Shown: piece after piece, positions 16,801 to 26,518 of the stretch
Numbering within the stretch: the stretch's first letter is position 1
How the letters are laid out: each line of letters opens with the position of its first letter
Assembly (NCBI GenBank): GCA_009784665.1
Contig: WRBH01000003.1
Location: 5,498 to 69,497, forward strand
Direction: 5' to 3'
DNA length: 64,000 nt
From: Bacillota bacterium
GTDB lineage: Bacteria; Bacillota; Clostridia; Christensenellales; UBA1242
Made by a program: the position numbers and the translations under genes
Notes under the pieces: generated by a model
Database searches by the model: none
The model's input: the letters and a program-made list of their open reading frames with translations, nothing else
What the model was told of the DNA's origin: nothing

Positions 16801-19800
16801 AGCAATTTCTGTCGAGGTTAGAGTTAGTTCAACTGTTACTGAGACATGGACAAGCTATTACCGTGACATGCGAAATGGCACTTCTCTCACAGACCCAACA
16901 TTTGTGGGCCTTCAAAACCTGGCGATGCCAGGTGGATATATGTTCAGTCACTGGCGTGCGACATTTATTTGGGAGAATCCAGTAACAGGGAATGAAATTC
17001 GTCGTATCGAGAACAGAATGATGTTCCCTAATGCTGCATTGCCTGTGTTTGAATCAACTAACTGGCTCTTTGGTCCAGGGAATGCAACGCTTTATACTCC
17101 AGCAGGAGCAGGGGTTAATGCAAGGCCACATTCAGTTACAAGAATTATTCTTGAGCGTGAAATTCAAGAAGAAGACAGTCTTGTTGTTCAGGTAGTTGAC
17201 ATCAACGAATTCGACAATGCTGGTCGTGTTCTGTATGGTGTTGACCAAGACACAACAGCAAATCAAACAGTCTTCAGCAATGCACCAGCAATCAGTGGAT
17301 TCATAAACTTCCGTGTTGATCCACACCTTCGTCGTGTTGCGGCCCAAAACGGTCAGCAAGTTGTTGCATATGTGACAACAATTACAAATGCTGCTGGAAT
17401 ACAAGTAGAGCATTTCTTCGAGGTTGGTCAAAACATATCCATTGTTCAGATAGGTGACACTTTCGGGCATTCGCACACAAACAGGGGTGAGAACACATCT
17501 CTTGTTGCACAAATTAACTCGGATTTAATACCATTCCTTCAATTAAGACCTATTACACAAGTGATGAACTACCGTGTTGTATTAAACTGGCAAGCTCAAG
17601 ACCAGGCCATGAATACAACTGAACACAGTCAACTGATTTACACAGGTGGAAGCGATCCATTCCAAGTTGGAACATTCATCCCTGTTATCGCTAATGCAAC
17701 ATTGGCAACCTTGTACCCTCTAATGAACGGAGGGGCATGGGGGCAGCGATTTGGTTACTTTATGCACACATTTGATTCTGGATTACCAAATATTGGATTC
17801 AGGAATGCAGGAGTAATAACCCCTCAATTCAGGCTTGGACCAACAAATCTGGGATTCCCAGCATTAGGCATAGGGACAGGACTTGATGTGGTAAGAGTAG
17901 AGCGTAACCCAATTACAGGCGAGTATGACACATTAAACCTTTGGGTTAACTGGGCACCGCGTACTGTATTTATAAATTATGTTGGATTCATTCAAGATGA
18001 TGCAACTGGAATTATGACAAGGCATGCCGAGAGAATTCCTGTTTCTCTGTTTGGTCAAACATTCCCACTGGCAACCACTGAAGCTCTAATGAGCCTTGGT
18101 GTTGACATCCGCCACACTGGTTTTAACCACACAGGCTGGAATGTGTTTGAACATGACCAAATGTCGGTATATGACTTTACAACTGTCCACCACAGCTTCT
18201 CTGTGATGGATGGCTCAAATGTGCGTATTCTTGGTACAGGTAACGCAGCTGTCAACCCTGCTAACAGAATTAATAACGCATGGTTTAGAAACTTTGGCGA
18301 CCTACAGGCAATGGAGTTGCATCTGAATGCAACATACACAGGAATAATGTTGCCGGGTATAACACTACAAGTAATTGACCTTGGTCCAACCGAAGATCCA
18401 CTGGCGGATGCAATTAGGGCACAATACGACCCATTGCGACCTGGTGTAGGGGGTGACAACAGATTTGATGTAGCACTTAATGCATGGAATCCTATTTCTC
18501 CGCCAATTGTTATTAACCCAATTACCGATCCAACAGAGCGATTTGGTTGGCAAACTTTCCTCGGTCCACGAGCATTCGGTTCAAACATACCAGTAGATAC
18601 TCGTTCCGAGATGTTCCTTCACGAGGAGCGAATTCCAGGGCCAGGGTGGTCTGAAACCGAAAGGGTAATGAGCTTTTGGCAATATGCACACGAAACCTCG
18701 GCTGATCGTAATCGGGCAACAGTTGTGACCCAAAATGTATTAGGTGTCCCACACAGTTTCATCCAACTTGACGATACATCTCTGTTCTTTGACAGATCAA
18801 GTCCACAATTCAACCAAATCAGACCACAGTTTGCGGGTGGAGTAGTGCTTCGTACTGTCTTCGAAGAAGGTATCTACAGATTATTTGATGTTAACCGTTA
18901 TATTGGTATACAAGGTGGAACTCAATTGGATATCAGGGGAAGTATATCGCACATGCAAAATGGCGAAGGTGATGATTTGTTTGACCTTATTTTGGATGGC
19001 CCAGACGCGATTATTACACAAGCAGATTATACACCTATCATCCCTCAAATAGAGGTGGGGGGCAGTATCTACCGTGCAACATACACCCGTGCTCCGATGG
19101 ATTTATACCAAGCATTCATTTATAATCCAGGAGAAGGTATCGACAACCGATTCGTCCGTTTCGGTTACGAGTTGATTGGTTTTAGGGCAACAACAAACTT
19201 TAATGATATCTCAGGCTTCGCCCATGCGTTCGAGTTTGATGGTGTTGACTATCACTACAGCCCAGTGATGACTCGTGACTACCTCCAGGGTGGCCCGCTG
19301 TTTACGCACGAATATGTAGCATTCAGTTCAAGTCAGCGACCACGACCTGTAATGTTGACTCCAATTTGGAGGGCAATCAATGTCAGATTCGATGTTCTTG
19401 ATAACACATTCAACTTCAACCACGGCCGTCCTATTAATACAGGCTGGACAAATGGTGCGATGAACTCTATTGGTATGACTGTTGGGGCACAGTTCGAAAC
19501 AAATATAAACTTGCCGCTACTGCGTACACCGCTGGACGAGGCAGAACACCATATCGGCTTTGATTGGAGACTTAACAACGGTTCATTCATGGCGGGAAAC
19601 CAGATGGACTGGACTTCATTTGCTGGCTTCCGTATTGGCGGTTCACCAATCACGGTACCTAACTGGAGAGAGTTGTTTGAAAATCCAGACAACTTTGATC
19701 CAATTGCATACAACCCAAGTAACAATGCAACATGGCCCCGAGTTATTTTGAGGCCATTATGGAGGGAAGCGAACCGTGTTACATTTAACTTCCACCTAAT

Positions 19801-22800
19801 TCACAGAGATGCCGAAAGCAACCTTACAACCCCTGACCTTGGAAACCTTCCTATGGACCCAGGTGGCAGAGCAGGTTACTTGGTAATGGCAATGAAGCCA
19901 ACTATGGAGTTTGTTACTCAAATTGGTATAGTTATCACAGCTGCGGAATATGACGCATTTGTAGAGGGGGGCTCCCCACCAAGTGGTCACTGGCGTTATG
20001 TTACCGAAACTGGGATTACAACACCAGGCATGCAGTATGAAACTACACAGTTCCGCCTGCCAACACTAGCAGATTTAGCGAACATGACAGATCTGCCAAT
20101 AGATGTTGACCAAATCGGTCTTAGGTCGTATGGTTGGTTCTTTAACCAAAGCTTGGCTGCAAACTATCGTCTTGGCCAATCAGGCGAGACAATAAGGTTT
20201 ATCAATGGTCTAACGAACTATGTCATGAATGGAACAAACAGGGTTGTCCAACCAAACCAGAATGTGGTCAATGGTGGAGTGACGGCTCAAAATGGTGGCA
20301 TATCACACCTATTCCTTCTGTATGACTATGTTTCTGGTTCGATTCAATTTGACCCTGCTGGAGGTTCGCCAACACCGCCACAGCGTAATAATGTTTTCCA
20401 CAACGAGATAATTAACTTCACCTCTGCAGAAATGGGTGTCCAGCGTACTGGTTGGGTACTTCTAGGCTGGAGGTATATGGGGCACATCTTGGCTGGAACC
20501 ACAGCTACCGTAAACATGGATCCTTGGGGAGAAATGGGTCTTGGTGGTCATCTGCCAGCGGCTGACAGGCCAATATTCAATACCACAAACCCACTAACGG
20601 CCCAGTTCCCAGGTGGGGCTGACGGACATATCCTTAGGATGCAAGCAGTATGGAGCGATCAACCTATAGTGATCACCTTCCGTAACGCGGCAGGTGTCCA
20701 ATACACAGGTGATAATTTCATAAACAGACCGTTGCATAGAGACTTCGTTGTCCGTGCGGGAATTCCATTTATGCAAACCGCCCCTACATTGGAATTACCA
20801 TACAGTAACGATCCACTTCCAGTTCCTACACTTGCGGGTCACACATTTGCTGGTTGGTACAGGAATTCAGCATTGACAATTCCATTATTGTCAACAGACA
20901 TAGCTGTAAACCTTGCCGGATACACATTGTTCGCACGGTTCGTAACGGACAGCTTCCGCTTTCAATTCAACCTAAACACTCCTGACGCCGGGGATGCGGT
21001 AATACCTACTTCAAGACCACAAGGGGCCGAGTCCGGAACCGCGAACAACGGATTCTTGTTCGGGACAACTGTTCCAACCTTATTGCCAATGCTAGAGGAC
21101 ATCAGTAACAACCCTGTAACCGTTGACGGAAATGGTCGTAACTTTATCGGTTGGGCACTTGCTCATGATGACAGAACATTCGTCATGGACCCACGAGGCG
21201 TTGCAACAGGTCTTTCCTCCGTTCGTCTTGGTTCCCAAAACATGTGGGATGCAACAAACAACACATGGGTTGCGGATGTAAACACTGTGTCTCTGACCGC
21301 ACCGCATGATCCGATCAACTCTAACGGTTCGCACACTTATATAATCACCCTATTCGCGGTCTGGTCAGACAGCGAGGTTCACCTTCGCTACTTCGACACA
21401 ATCGGCGGTACCCAAATCGGCGATCCTCAAATTGGATTCTTGTTTGATAGCAGGCTTCCTAGGTATTTTGGTACTAATAGTGATGGATCTCCAGTACAGC
21501 CTGGCCCAATAATCCTGGGAGGGGATAGTGCAAGGACTTGGGGACCAAGTGGTGAAGCACACTTCCAATGGTCTATCTTCCATGATAGCGTTGGGAATAC
21601 TTTCGGACTCATGGTTCGTGATGATGCTCTTCTCCCATCGCGTCCAGGATATAATTTCCTGGGATGGTTGCCTGCCCATCACCAGTTCAGGAATAGCGAA
21701 AACCCTATAGGGCATTTCCCCTCTTGGGCTCCAGGAGTAGGGTCTAATTGGCTACTAGGGAGGGTTTTCTTCCCAGGTGAGATGATGCCAAGTATTGCCG
21801 AAGGATTAGACATGATTGCAGTTTGGGCACCATATACAACTGCGTCTCCTGGGGACTGGAACAATCTTCCTGAAGCCTCAAGACCTGTTGTTTGGGTCAG
21901 TGGAGTGAGGCATTATGTGCCAACCACGCATTTTGCCCCTACGCAAATTCTATCTATTTCATCAACTGCAGTTACACCAACTTTCTTTGCAACCAACCAA
22001 GTTACAACGAATGCAACGCACATAACATTCCCTCGTTCATTAACAGTGTTGGGTAGGGGTAGTATAACTGCAAATAACGCGATTCATATCCATATGCCAA
22101 CATCGCCTATGGTCATTCATCCACTTGCAATTACTTCAACATCACTTGAATGGATTTATGTTAATGACTACTTGGTCGGGGTGGGGAACGAGTCCACAGG
22201 CGGCCATGTGCATAACTTTGTGGTAGGAGAGGTCAGTGAAGATGGATTAGTAATAACAACCAACTTTAGGCGCTATCTCACTCGTCAAGGCCAGCTAGTA
22301 CTCGAATTGAGGGAAGAAAATGGACAGCCAACTAATGAAATCGTATATTTCAGCTTTGAGAATCAGACAACAAAGTACTATTTCCCTTCTCTCGCAACCT
22401 ACTGGTTTGAAGATCGTAATGCTTGGGCTTTCAATACTTCGTTAAGAAGAAGTCAATGGCATCCACCAGGAATCCTTATGACGGCAGGACAGACTAATGA
22501 GTTGATAGGTTTCCCTGGGAATAACACCAGTTTCTCCCATCACAGTTTAGCTCTTTCTGGGGTTACTGCGATTCGAAGCTATGCGATAGCTCTGTATGCT
22601 AATCCTCATCGCGATATCTTTATTGCCCATGCTGTTGGTGGATCTACTTTCCCTGACAATATTCCAATTCCTCAGTGGTCTCCAAAAATTCACAGACATG
22701 CTTTCTATCATACTAATATAGCAAGAATTTCTCTGCAGAATGGTGGAAATCAAGAGGTAGACCCTGCGTTTATAAGCGGATTCAATCCAAATTTACATGA

Positions 22801-25384
22801 TGTAATGTGGGGGCCAGCAAATTCACCGCACCTTGAAGTTCGTACATTCGGTCATTCCTCCACTGGGGTAACGGGTTTATTCCATGTCCCGACTAATACG
22901 CTTGTATATGCACTGAGTCATGGTATAGATAGTGGACGTGGATCCATTCTTATTAACACAGCGGTAAATGCAAATCCGTATTCATTATTCAGGCTGGCTA
23001 TACCATTTGAACCATCAGTCAGCAACGATGGAACTGTAACTGGGATAGCATTCCAATCGACAATTTCAATGGGCACTAGTGATGGGTTGTTCTTTGAGCA
23101 CTTTGGAGTACGCTTACCTAACTGGGTCAATACCATTAGTATTAATGCTAATGAAATCGAGGCCGTTGATTGGAGGTTGTTCCAGGGGATCTTAGGGATT
23201 GGTAGTGGCTTCATCAATGAGGGTATTGGCTTCATCATTTCTGGGACTTCTACAACCAACATTATCAACCCATCCACGGGTCCAGATGGTCAACCATACA
23301 ACCGCTTCCCAATCTTGGTAGAGCCATCTGTACTTGCTTGGTATCGTGCGAACAGTGGTGGGGTGATGTATGTCCAAGGTAACAGCCGATTCATCGGAAG
23401 AGGTGGTCCAAATGGCGAAGGGTTGGAAATCAGATACAACCGTGGTACATCTGATGGGTCGGGTAACCCAACTCCGAATGGTGCAAACCCTGGTATATCA
23501 ACATTAGCTTCCGAGATTCATGTTGTTGATGGCCTGACATTCGGACAAGATCACACTATTATAGACCTACCTTCGCACTTTGCCAGGGACGGATGGGCAT
23601 TCAGTGGCTGGAGGGTTAACCTGACTGCTGCCCAAAACACAGGTCTAACGGCGGCCCAGCGAGCCGCACTTGGTATGAACGCAAACCCTGCATTGCAAAA
23701 CTGGTTCCTATTGCAACCTGGTGATGTTCGTCGCTTAGGTATGATATTTGATGCGAATGCAATCTTTGTTGGCGACTACCTGGTAATGGTTGCGACATGG
23801 ACGCAGGTGTTGGTAAACTTCATGGGAAGGACTGCTGCGGGTGCTGCGACGCCAATTATACCTGACAGGATTCAAATTTATGCTGGATCAGGGGTGTGGG
23901 AGACATCAAATATGAGTGACTCTCGCCTTGGTATCGCGGGAACTCAAATCCGCTTGCCGGGTATAAACCACAGCTTCTCGAACTTTGGTACCCGTGTTGC
24001 TATGGTTGGGTGGATGCAGACTGGGACAAATGCCCCGTTGGCGGGAAACACATGGCAATGGCTACAGGCTAATACTGATACCAGGATACTGCCGGTTGGA
24101 CCAAACGCTGGATTTGGTGGACCTACAACATTTACATTGACAAACTCGGTAACATTTTTCCACGCACTCTACGGTAATGCTTCCCCAAATATAAGTTACA
24201 CAGTTGTAACTGGTAATGTCGCAGGTCAACATGGTTTCACTGCAACAAGGAATACAGCTATCGAGTTTGATACAAATAATAGTATTAACATACCTACAGC
24301 TGCATTTGATTCAGCAACAGGTTTCATGAGACCAGTCACAAGGATTGCTGACAGAGCATTCCTTAACCCTTGGAATCAAAACCCATCAGTAGTATCGGCA
24401 GGTATCAGAATTGGTGAAAATGTTCAAGTTATCGGAGCCTCGGCGTTCCAAATGGTGCCGGCAACTTTTATAACATTCGATTCAGGAGCTGGCAATCCGA
24501 ATTATACGGGATCGTTCCTTGGGACACTTCCTAGTCTGGTTATTGGTGAAGCAGCATTTGCTTATAATACTAGAGTAACAGAAATATGGATAGGGCTAAA
24601 TGTCACTCAAATAGGTGCAAGTGCTTTCCTTGAGAACATCAACTTACATACTATTTGGGGACAAAATTTGACATCGGAGCTGACCAGTATTGGGGCCAGT
24701 GCATTTGAGAGCACTAGGGCGTTAACTAATTTCCATATTCCTGGATCTGTAACGGAGATTGGACGATTCGCATTCGCATTGTCTGGAATTCAGACTTTCA
24801 CAACAGGTCACAGTATGGCATCAACAACATGGCATGGTGTGGGTGCAGCCAGGTATCAATTTGTTGCAATTGGTGGTCACCTGACGCAAAGGTTCTATAA
24901 CGGAAACCACGACTTGTTCGTCTATGCACCAGGCAGGACAGATGCAAACTTCAACATGTCAGCGTTGAGGGGAACACAAAGTGCCGTTGCGTACAGTGTC
25001 AACCGTATCGCACCGTTCGCGTTCGCACATCACAGGCACTTGCAGAGCATCTTCATCCCTGAAACCGCACCAAGAACAGGGGGGATAGCGGGCGACATAA
25101 CAGTAACAGTAGGAGAATCTGCATTCGCTCACATGAACAGATTGGTGAACCTGTTCTTGGCGAATACAAACCCAGCGACATTCCGAACAGTTGGAACCGC
25201 ACAACCATTCAGGCACTTCCCGAATGCGTTGATCAGGATGGTCATACCGCCAGCAAACATTCACACACTTGCTGTTGGTACTCTGCCTGGGACATGGACA
25301 CCGGCAATTGCCGCGACCCTGACCGCATGGCAAGGTCACAACTGGGGTGGATTCATCGTCTCGGCTCAGATCGTTGCAGGTTAG
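13886..25384 (+). CDS. giant surface protein (3832 aa): N-terminal signal-anchor, many Listeria-Bacteroides (Flg_new-type) repeats, BspA-type leucine-rich repeats
   Basis: MDKKSRRRVVAGGMMAVLLIVGLGLWVMIGA anchor. Recurrent ...F/LDxNGG...GYxFxGW...LYAxW modules. C-terminal IGASAF/IGEAAF/IGRFAF LRR_5-like units. There is no LPXTG motif and no C-terminal TM. Confidence 0.9.
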   Translation: MDKKSRRRVVAGGMMAVLLIVGLGLWVMIGAASTITLDLDGGAMAGHPQITRTGTMAQGNLRHTFRAGPRRPVNLENIVPIRPGYVFQGWLLDEQQRGQGTDAHQPSTRGITSATTLYADWLPEGYLARLHVNGIHVRNIDIQGGQSLDAINFTQNAGETTGWVIPDTDYYTFRGWEFKDLNGNRVTLDSTTARNHMSNWASNAVWRLRHYVWNDMTQEWEFDLGNPRNQDVSEEHPFDPAIYDMTFNAILEMREVAFIFHHAPGQIGAHPPLVYHIPGTELTTMNTLSLASTSAATGNNHLGWILDVRANGLVELNAEGGIASINRLGHDVDQYGAAADRARLDQFLATVFSPHEVIAIDPLLFYLSTNPVAESPLHRAIHFRPVFFGTGDDPDIRGASRYQLRIADETGLVSMRDITEFTAGDGDFISAQYAYLQGNTIRFTRPADRNGWTFSHFEFMNPSGGTTIHEIAPNTLITRDDPRLPVDRGVIFIMVWEQNDTPVVTFEHDWTRTVEGGQVQISDRIHLINTLEFENSRYRQEEIDFGGTNFEIEDIPVQVGDTITLPSVAMYAGAHLTFSHWETEDGIYAGRTGDTFQVDEALVLRAIWIDNRIAFAFDLNGGRNFTPDMTQMRGGAGATVSIPTQMPTRFGYDFQHWTVGSEDYHPTNPDLNNTITAQARRTVLVAQWEPIDVDLTLEYTYAIHGVIQPTRSIPLNVEFDTAVRLHRIDTPSYNSVATLIGWRFVDSLTSTTTNLNMDFSPTDIVRIDESFASRATGDSEDDTLRADGITGHDLKIGRLFNVDFFDNDGIDGRRTNTDSGFHSIQNMLQWRSSVLVVDPNETTGLRPIGTHFEISREAILNTYRGHLAQDIANGMSHTNWLENRLVTHELYGVLYMERDEISSRGLTEGVPNWMNTWRNFWDVDNGSIAHTNPDPTHPDSLRRWIYAFDNDGFTQVPAPTGEMNLYLVWKPRAISVEVRVSSTVTETWTSYYRDMRNGTSLTDPTFVGLQNLAMPGGYMFSHWRATFIWENPVTGNEIRRIENRMMFPNAALPVFESTNWLFGPGNATLYTPAGAGVNARPHSVTRIILEREIQEEDSLVVQVVDINEFDNAGRVLYGVDQDTTANQTVFSNAPAISGFINFRVDPHLRRVAAQNGQQVVAYVTTITNAAGIQVEHFFEVGQNISIVQIGDTFGHSHTNRGENTSLVAQINSDLIPFLQLRPITQVMNYRVVLNWQAQDQAMNTTEHSQLIYTGGSDPFQVGTFIPVIANATLATLYPLMNGGAWGQRFGYFMHTFDSGLPNIGFRNAGVITPQFRLGPTNLGFPALGIGTGLDVVRVERNPITGEYDTLNLWVNWAPRTVFINYVGFIQDDATGIMTRHAERIPVSLFGQTFPLATTEALMSLGVDIRHTGFNHTGWNVFEHDQMSVYDFTTVHHSFSVMDGSNVRILGTGNAAVNPANRINNAWFRNFGDLQAMELHLNATYTGIMLPGITLQVIDLGPTEDPLADAIRAQYDPLRPGVGGDNRFDVALNAWNPISPPIVINPITDPTERFGWQTFLGPRAFGSNIPVDTRSEMFLHEERIPGPGWSETERVMSFWQYAHETSADRNRATVVTQNVLGVPHSFIQLDDTSLFFDRSSPQFNQIRPQFAGGVVLRTVFEEGIYRLFDVNRYIGIQGGTQLDIRGSISHMQNGEGDDLFDLILDGPDAIITQADYTPIIPQIEVGGSIYRATYTRAPMDLYQAFIYNPGEGIDNRFVRFGYELIGFRATTNFNDISGFAHAFEFDGVDYHYSPVMTRDYLQGGPLFTHEYVAFSSSQRPRPVMLTPIWRAINVRFDVLDNTFNFNHGRPINTGWTNGAMNSIGMTVGAQFETNINLPLLRTPLDEAEHHIGFDWRLNNGSFMAGNQMDWTSFAGFRIGGSPITVPNWRELFENPDNFDPIAYNPSNNATWPRVILRPLWREANRVTFNFHLIHRDAESNLTTPDLGNLPMDPGGRAGYLVMAMKPTMEFVTQIGIVITAAEYDAFVEGGSPPSGHWRYVTETGITTPGMQYETTQFRLPTLADLANMTDLPIDVDQIGLRSYGWFFNQSLAANYRLGQSGETIRFINGLTNYVMNGTNRVVQPNQNVVNGGVTAQNGGISHLFLLYDYVSGSIQFDPAGGSPTPPQRNNVFHNEIINFTSAEMGVQRTGWVLLGWRYMGHILAGTTATVNMDPWGEMGLGGHLPAADRPIFNTTNPLTAQFPGGADGHILRMQAVWSDQPIVITFRNAAGVQYTGDNFINRPLHRDFVVRAGIPFMQTAPTLELPYSNDPLPVPTLAGHTFAGWYRNSALTIPLLSTDIAVNLAGYTLFARFVTDSFRFQFNLNTPDAGDAVIPTSRPQGAESGTANNGFLFGTTVPTLLPMLEDISNNPVTVDGNGRNFIGWALAHDDRTFVMDPRGVATGLSSVRLGSQNMWDATNNTWVADVNTVSLTAPHDPINSNGSHTYIITLFAVWSDSEVHLRYFDTIGGTQIGDPQIGFLFDSRLPRYFGTNSDGSPVQPGPIILGGDSARTWGPSGEAHFQWSIFHDSVGNTFGLMVRDDALLPSRPGYNFLGWLPAHHQFRNSENPIGHFPSWAPGVGSNWLLGRVFFPGEMMPSIAEGLDMIAVWAPYTTASPGDWNNLPEASRPVVWVSGVRHYVPTTHFAPTQILSISSTAVTPTFFATNQVTTNATHITFPRSLTVLGRGSITANNAIHIHMPTSPMVIHPLAITSTSLEWIYVNDYLVGVGNESTGGHVHNFVVGEVSEDGLVITTNFRRYLTRQGQLVLELREENGQPTNEIVYFSFENQTTKYYFPSLATYWFEDRNAWAFNTSLRRSQWHPPGILMTAGQTNELIGFPGNNTSFSHHSLALSGVTAIRSYAIALYANPHRDIFIAHAVGGSTFPDNIPIPQWSPKIHRHAFYHTNIARISLQNGGNQEVDPAFISGFNPNLHDVMWGPANSPHLEVRTFGHSSTGVTGLFHVPTNTLVYALSHGIDSGRGSILINTAVNANPYSLFRLAIPFEPSVSNDGTVTGIAFQSTISMGTSDGLFFEHFGVRLPNWVNTISINANEIEAVDWRLFQGILGIGSGFINEGIGFIISGTSTTNIINPSTGPDGQPYNRFPILVEPSVLAWYRANSGGVMYVQGNSRFIGRGGPNGEGLEIRYNRGTSDGSGNPTPNGANPGISTLASEIHVVDGLTFGQDHTIIDLPSHFARDGWAFSGWRVNLTAAQNTGLTAAQRAALGMNANPALQNWFLLQPGDVRRLGMIFDANAIFVGDYLVMVATWTQVLVNFMGRTAAGAATPIIPDRIQIYAGSGVWETSNMSDSRLGIAGTQIRLPGINHSFSNFGTRVAMVGWMQTGTNAPLAGNTWQWLQANTDTRILPVGPNAGFGGPTTFTLTNSVTFFHALYGNASPNISYTVVTGNVAGQHGFTATRNTAIEFDTNNSINIPTAAFDSATGFMRPVTRIADRAFLNPWNQNPSVVSAGIRIGENVQVIGASAFQMVPATFITFDSGAGNPNYTGSFLGTLPSLVIGEAAFAYNTRVTEIWIGLNVTQIGASAFLENINLHTIWGQNLTSELTSIGASAFESTRALTNFHIPGSVTEIGRFAFALSGIQTFTTGHSMASTTWHGVGAARYQFVAIGGHLTQRFYNGNHDLFVYAPGRTDANFNMSALRGTQSAVAYSVNRIAPFAFAHHRHLQSIFIPETAPRTGGIAGDITVTVGESAFAHMNRLVNLFLANTNPATFRTVGTAQPFRHFPNALIRMVIPPANIHTLAVGTLPGTWTPAIAATLTAWQGHNWGGFIVSAQIVAG

Positions 25385-25863
25385 TTCTGGATGAAATAAA
25401 CGAGGGCTCTTCCGTATTGTTTGACCAGCACAGGTTGGTCAAAGGATATGGGAGAGCTTTTGTCTGTCTCATATACAATTAAATCTGCCTTTGGGAGGTC
25501 AACTTTCATACCATATGGAGGATCAATAAAGGCAATATCAATATGGCGACCAGCCTCGGCAAGGTGTTGAATTAAAGGGCGATAGTCCAGCTGATGTATT
25601 TCGGCATCAGGGGCATTTTTGCGTATGATAGCGACCGCCTCAGGGCGTACATCATTTGCTATGACTTGTTTTGCTCCGCGACTTATGGCCTCGGCGGCGA
25701 ATGCACCCGATCCGCTGAACAAGTCCAGAACTGTTGCCCCTTTTATCTTATCGCCTATTATGTTAAAGATATTTTCTCGAACCCTATCTGTTGTTGGGCG
25801 GGTTAGCTCGTCAGATATGTACTCAAGCTTCTTACCTCTGAACCGACCACCGATAATTCTCAT
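25381..25863 (-). CDS. rsmD: 16S rRNA (guanine966-N2)-methyltransferase RsmD
   Basis: MRIIGGRFRGKKL start, LDLFSGSGAFAAEA SAM-binding loop and FIDPPYG motif. Start set at 25863 by the extended -10 spacing. Confidence 0.88.
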   Translation of the reverse strand: MRIIGGRFRGKKLEYISDELTRPTTDRVRENIFNIIGDKIKGATVLDLFSGSGAFAAEAISRGAKQVIANDVRPEAVAIIRKNAPDAEIHQLDYRPLIQHLAEAGRHIDIAFIDPPYGMKVDLPKADLIVYETDKSSPISFDQPVLVKQYGRALVYFIQN

Positions 25864-25868
25864 AACAT

Positions 25869-25877
25869 ATTGTAGCA
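25869..25877 (-). promoter_or_regulatory. extended -10 promoter, leaderless rsmD start at 25863
   Basis: Minus strand TGcTACAAT; ATG 5 nt downstream; no good -35. Confidence 0.4.
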
Positions 25878-26518
25878 TGATTATTGGTGTTTTTGATTCA
25901 GGAATTGGTGGATTAACTGTCCTTAAAGAGCTCAAGGCTTTAATGCACGAGCATCAATATATTTACATAGGAGACTCGGAAAGAGCACCTTATGGTGATT
26001 TACCAAAGAAGACAATAGTCAGATATTCAAAGGAAATAACGAGAAAATTGCTTAAACAGCGGGTTGATTTGATTGTTGTCGCATGTAATACTGTTTCAGC
26101 TATAGCTCTTGACGAACTACAGAAGATAAGCCCAGTTCCAGTAATTGGGGTGATAGAACCTACTAAGGAATACCTAGAGCTTAGTGGATTAAAAAAAGTA
26201 GGCCTAGCCGCGACAACCGCAACGGTGAGCAGTAAGGTTTACCCATCAGTTATCAGCGTAGCATGCCCCGAATTCGTACCTCTGATTGAGGCAAGAAACT
26301 TTGGATGGGATCTAGATATGGCAGTTAGAAAAAGGTTTAGTCAATTCTTTGGCAAGAATTTAGAGGCGATTATTTTAGGTTGTACACATTATCCACTGAT
26401 TCAGGAGAAACTAGAGCAATTTCTGAAAACTTCAGGTGAAAGAATTCAACTTATCGACCCTGCAATTCATACGGCAAGATATATAAGGGCGGCAATAGCA
26501 ACTGCAAAGGCGGTATGA
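25877..26518 (+). CDS. murI: glutamate racemase (short, 213 aa)
   Basis: VFDSGIGGLTV plus the catalytic Cys motifs VACNT and GCTHYP. The ORF-track extension back to 25619 is antisense to rsmD. Confidence 0.88.
   Translation: MIIGVFDSGIGGLTVLKELKALMHEHQYIYIGDSERAPYGDLPKKTIVRYSKEITRKLLKQRVDLIVVACNTVSAIALDELQKISPVPVIGVIEPTKEYLELSGLKKVGLAATTATVSSKVYPSVISVACPEFVPLIEARNFGWDLDMAVRKRFSQFFGKNLEAIILGCTHYPLIQEKLEQFLKTSGERIQLIDPAIHTARYIRAAIATAKAV

Noticed and set aside
13886-25384. Diversity-generating retroelement or other hypervariation system targeting the giant protein or the RCC1 protein.
   Set aside because: No reverse transcriptase gene and no template/variable repeat pair is visible anywhere in the window.
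25619-25876. ORF-track extension that would add 86 aa to the N-terminus of MurI.
   Set aside because: The extension is antisense to the well-supported rsmD gene. MurI homologues begin at the M.IGVFDSGIGG motif, found here at 25877.
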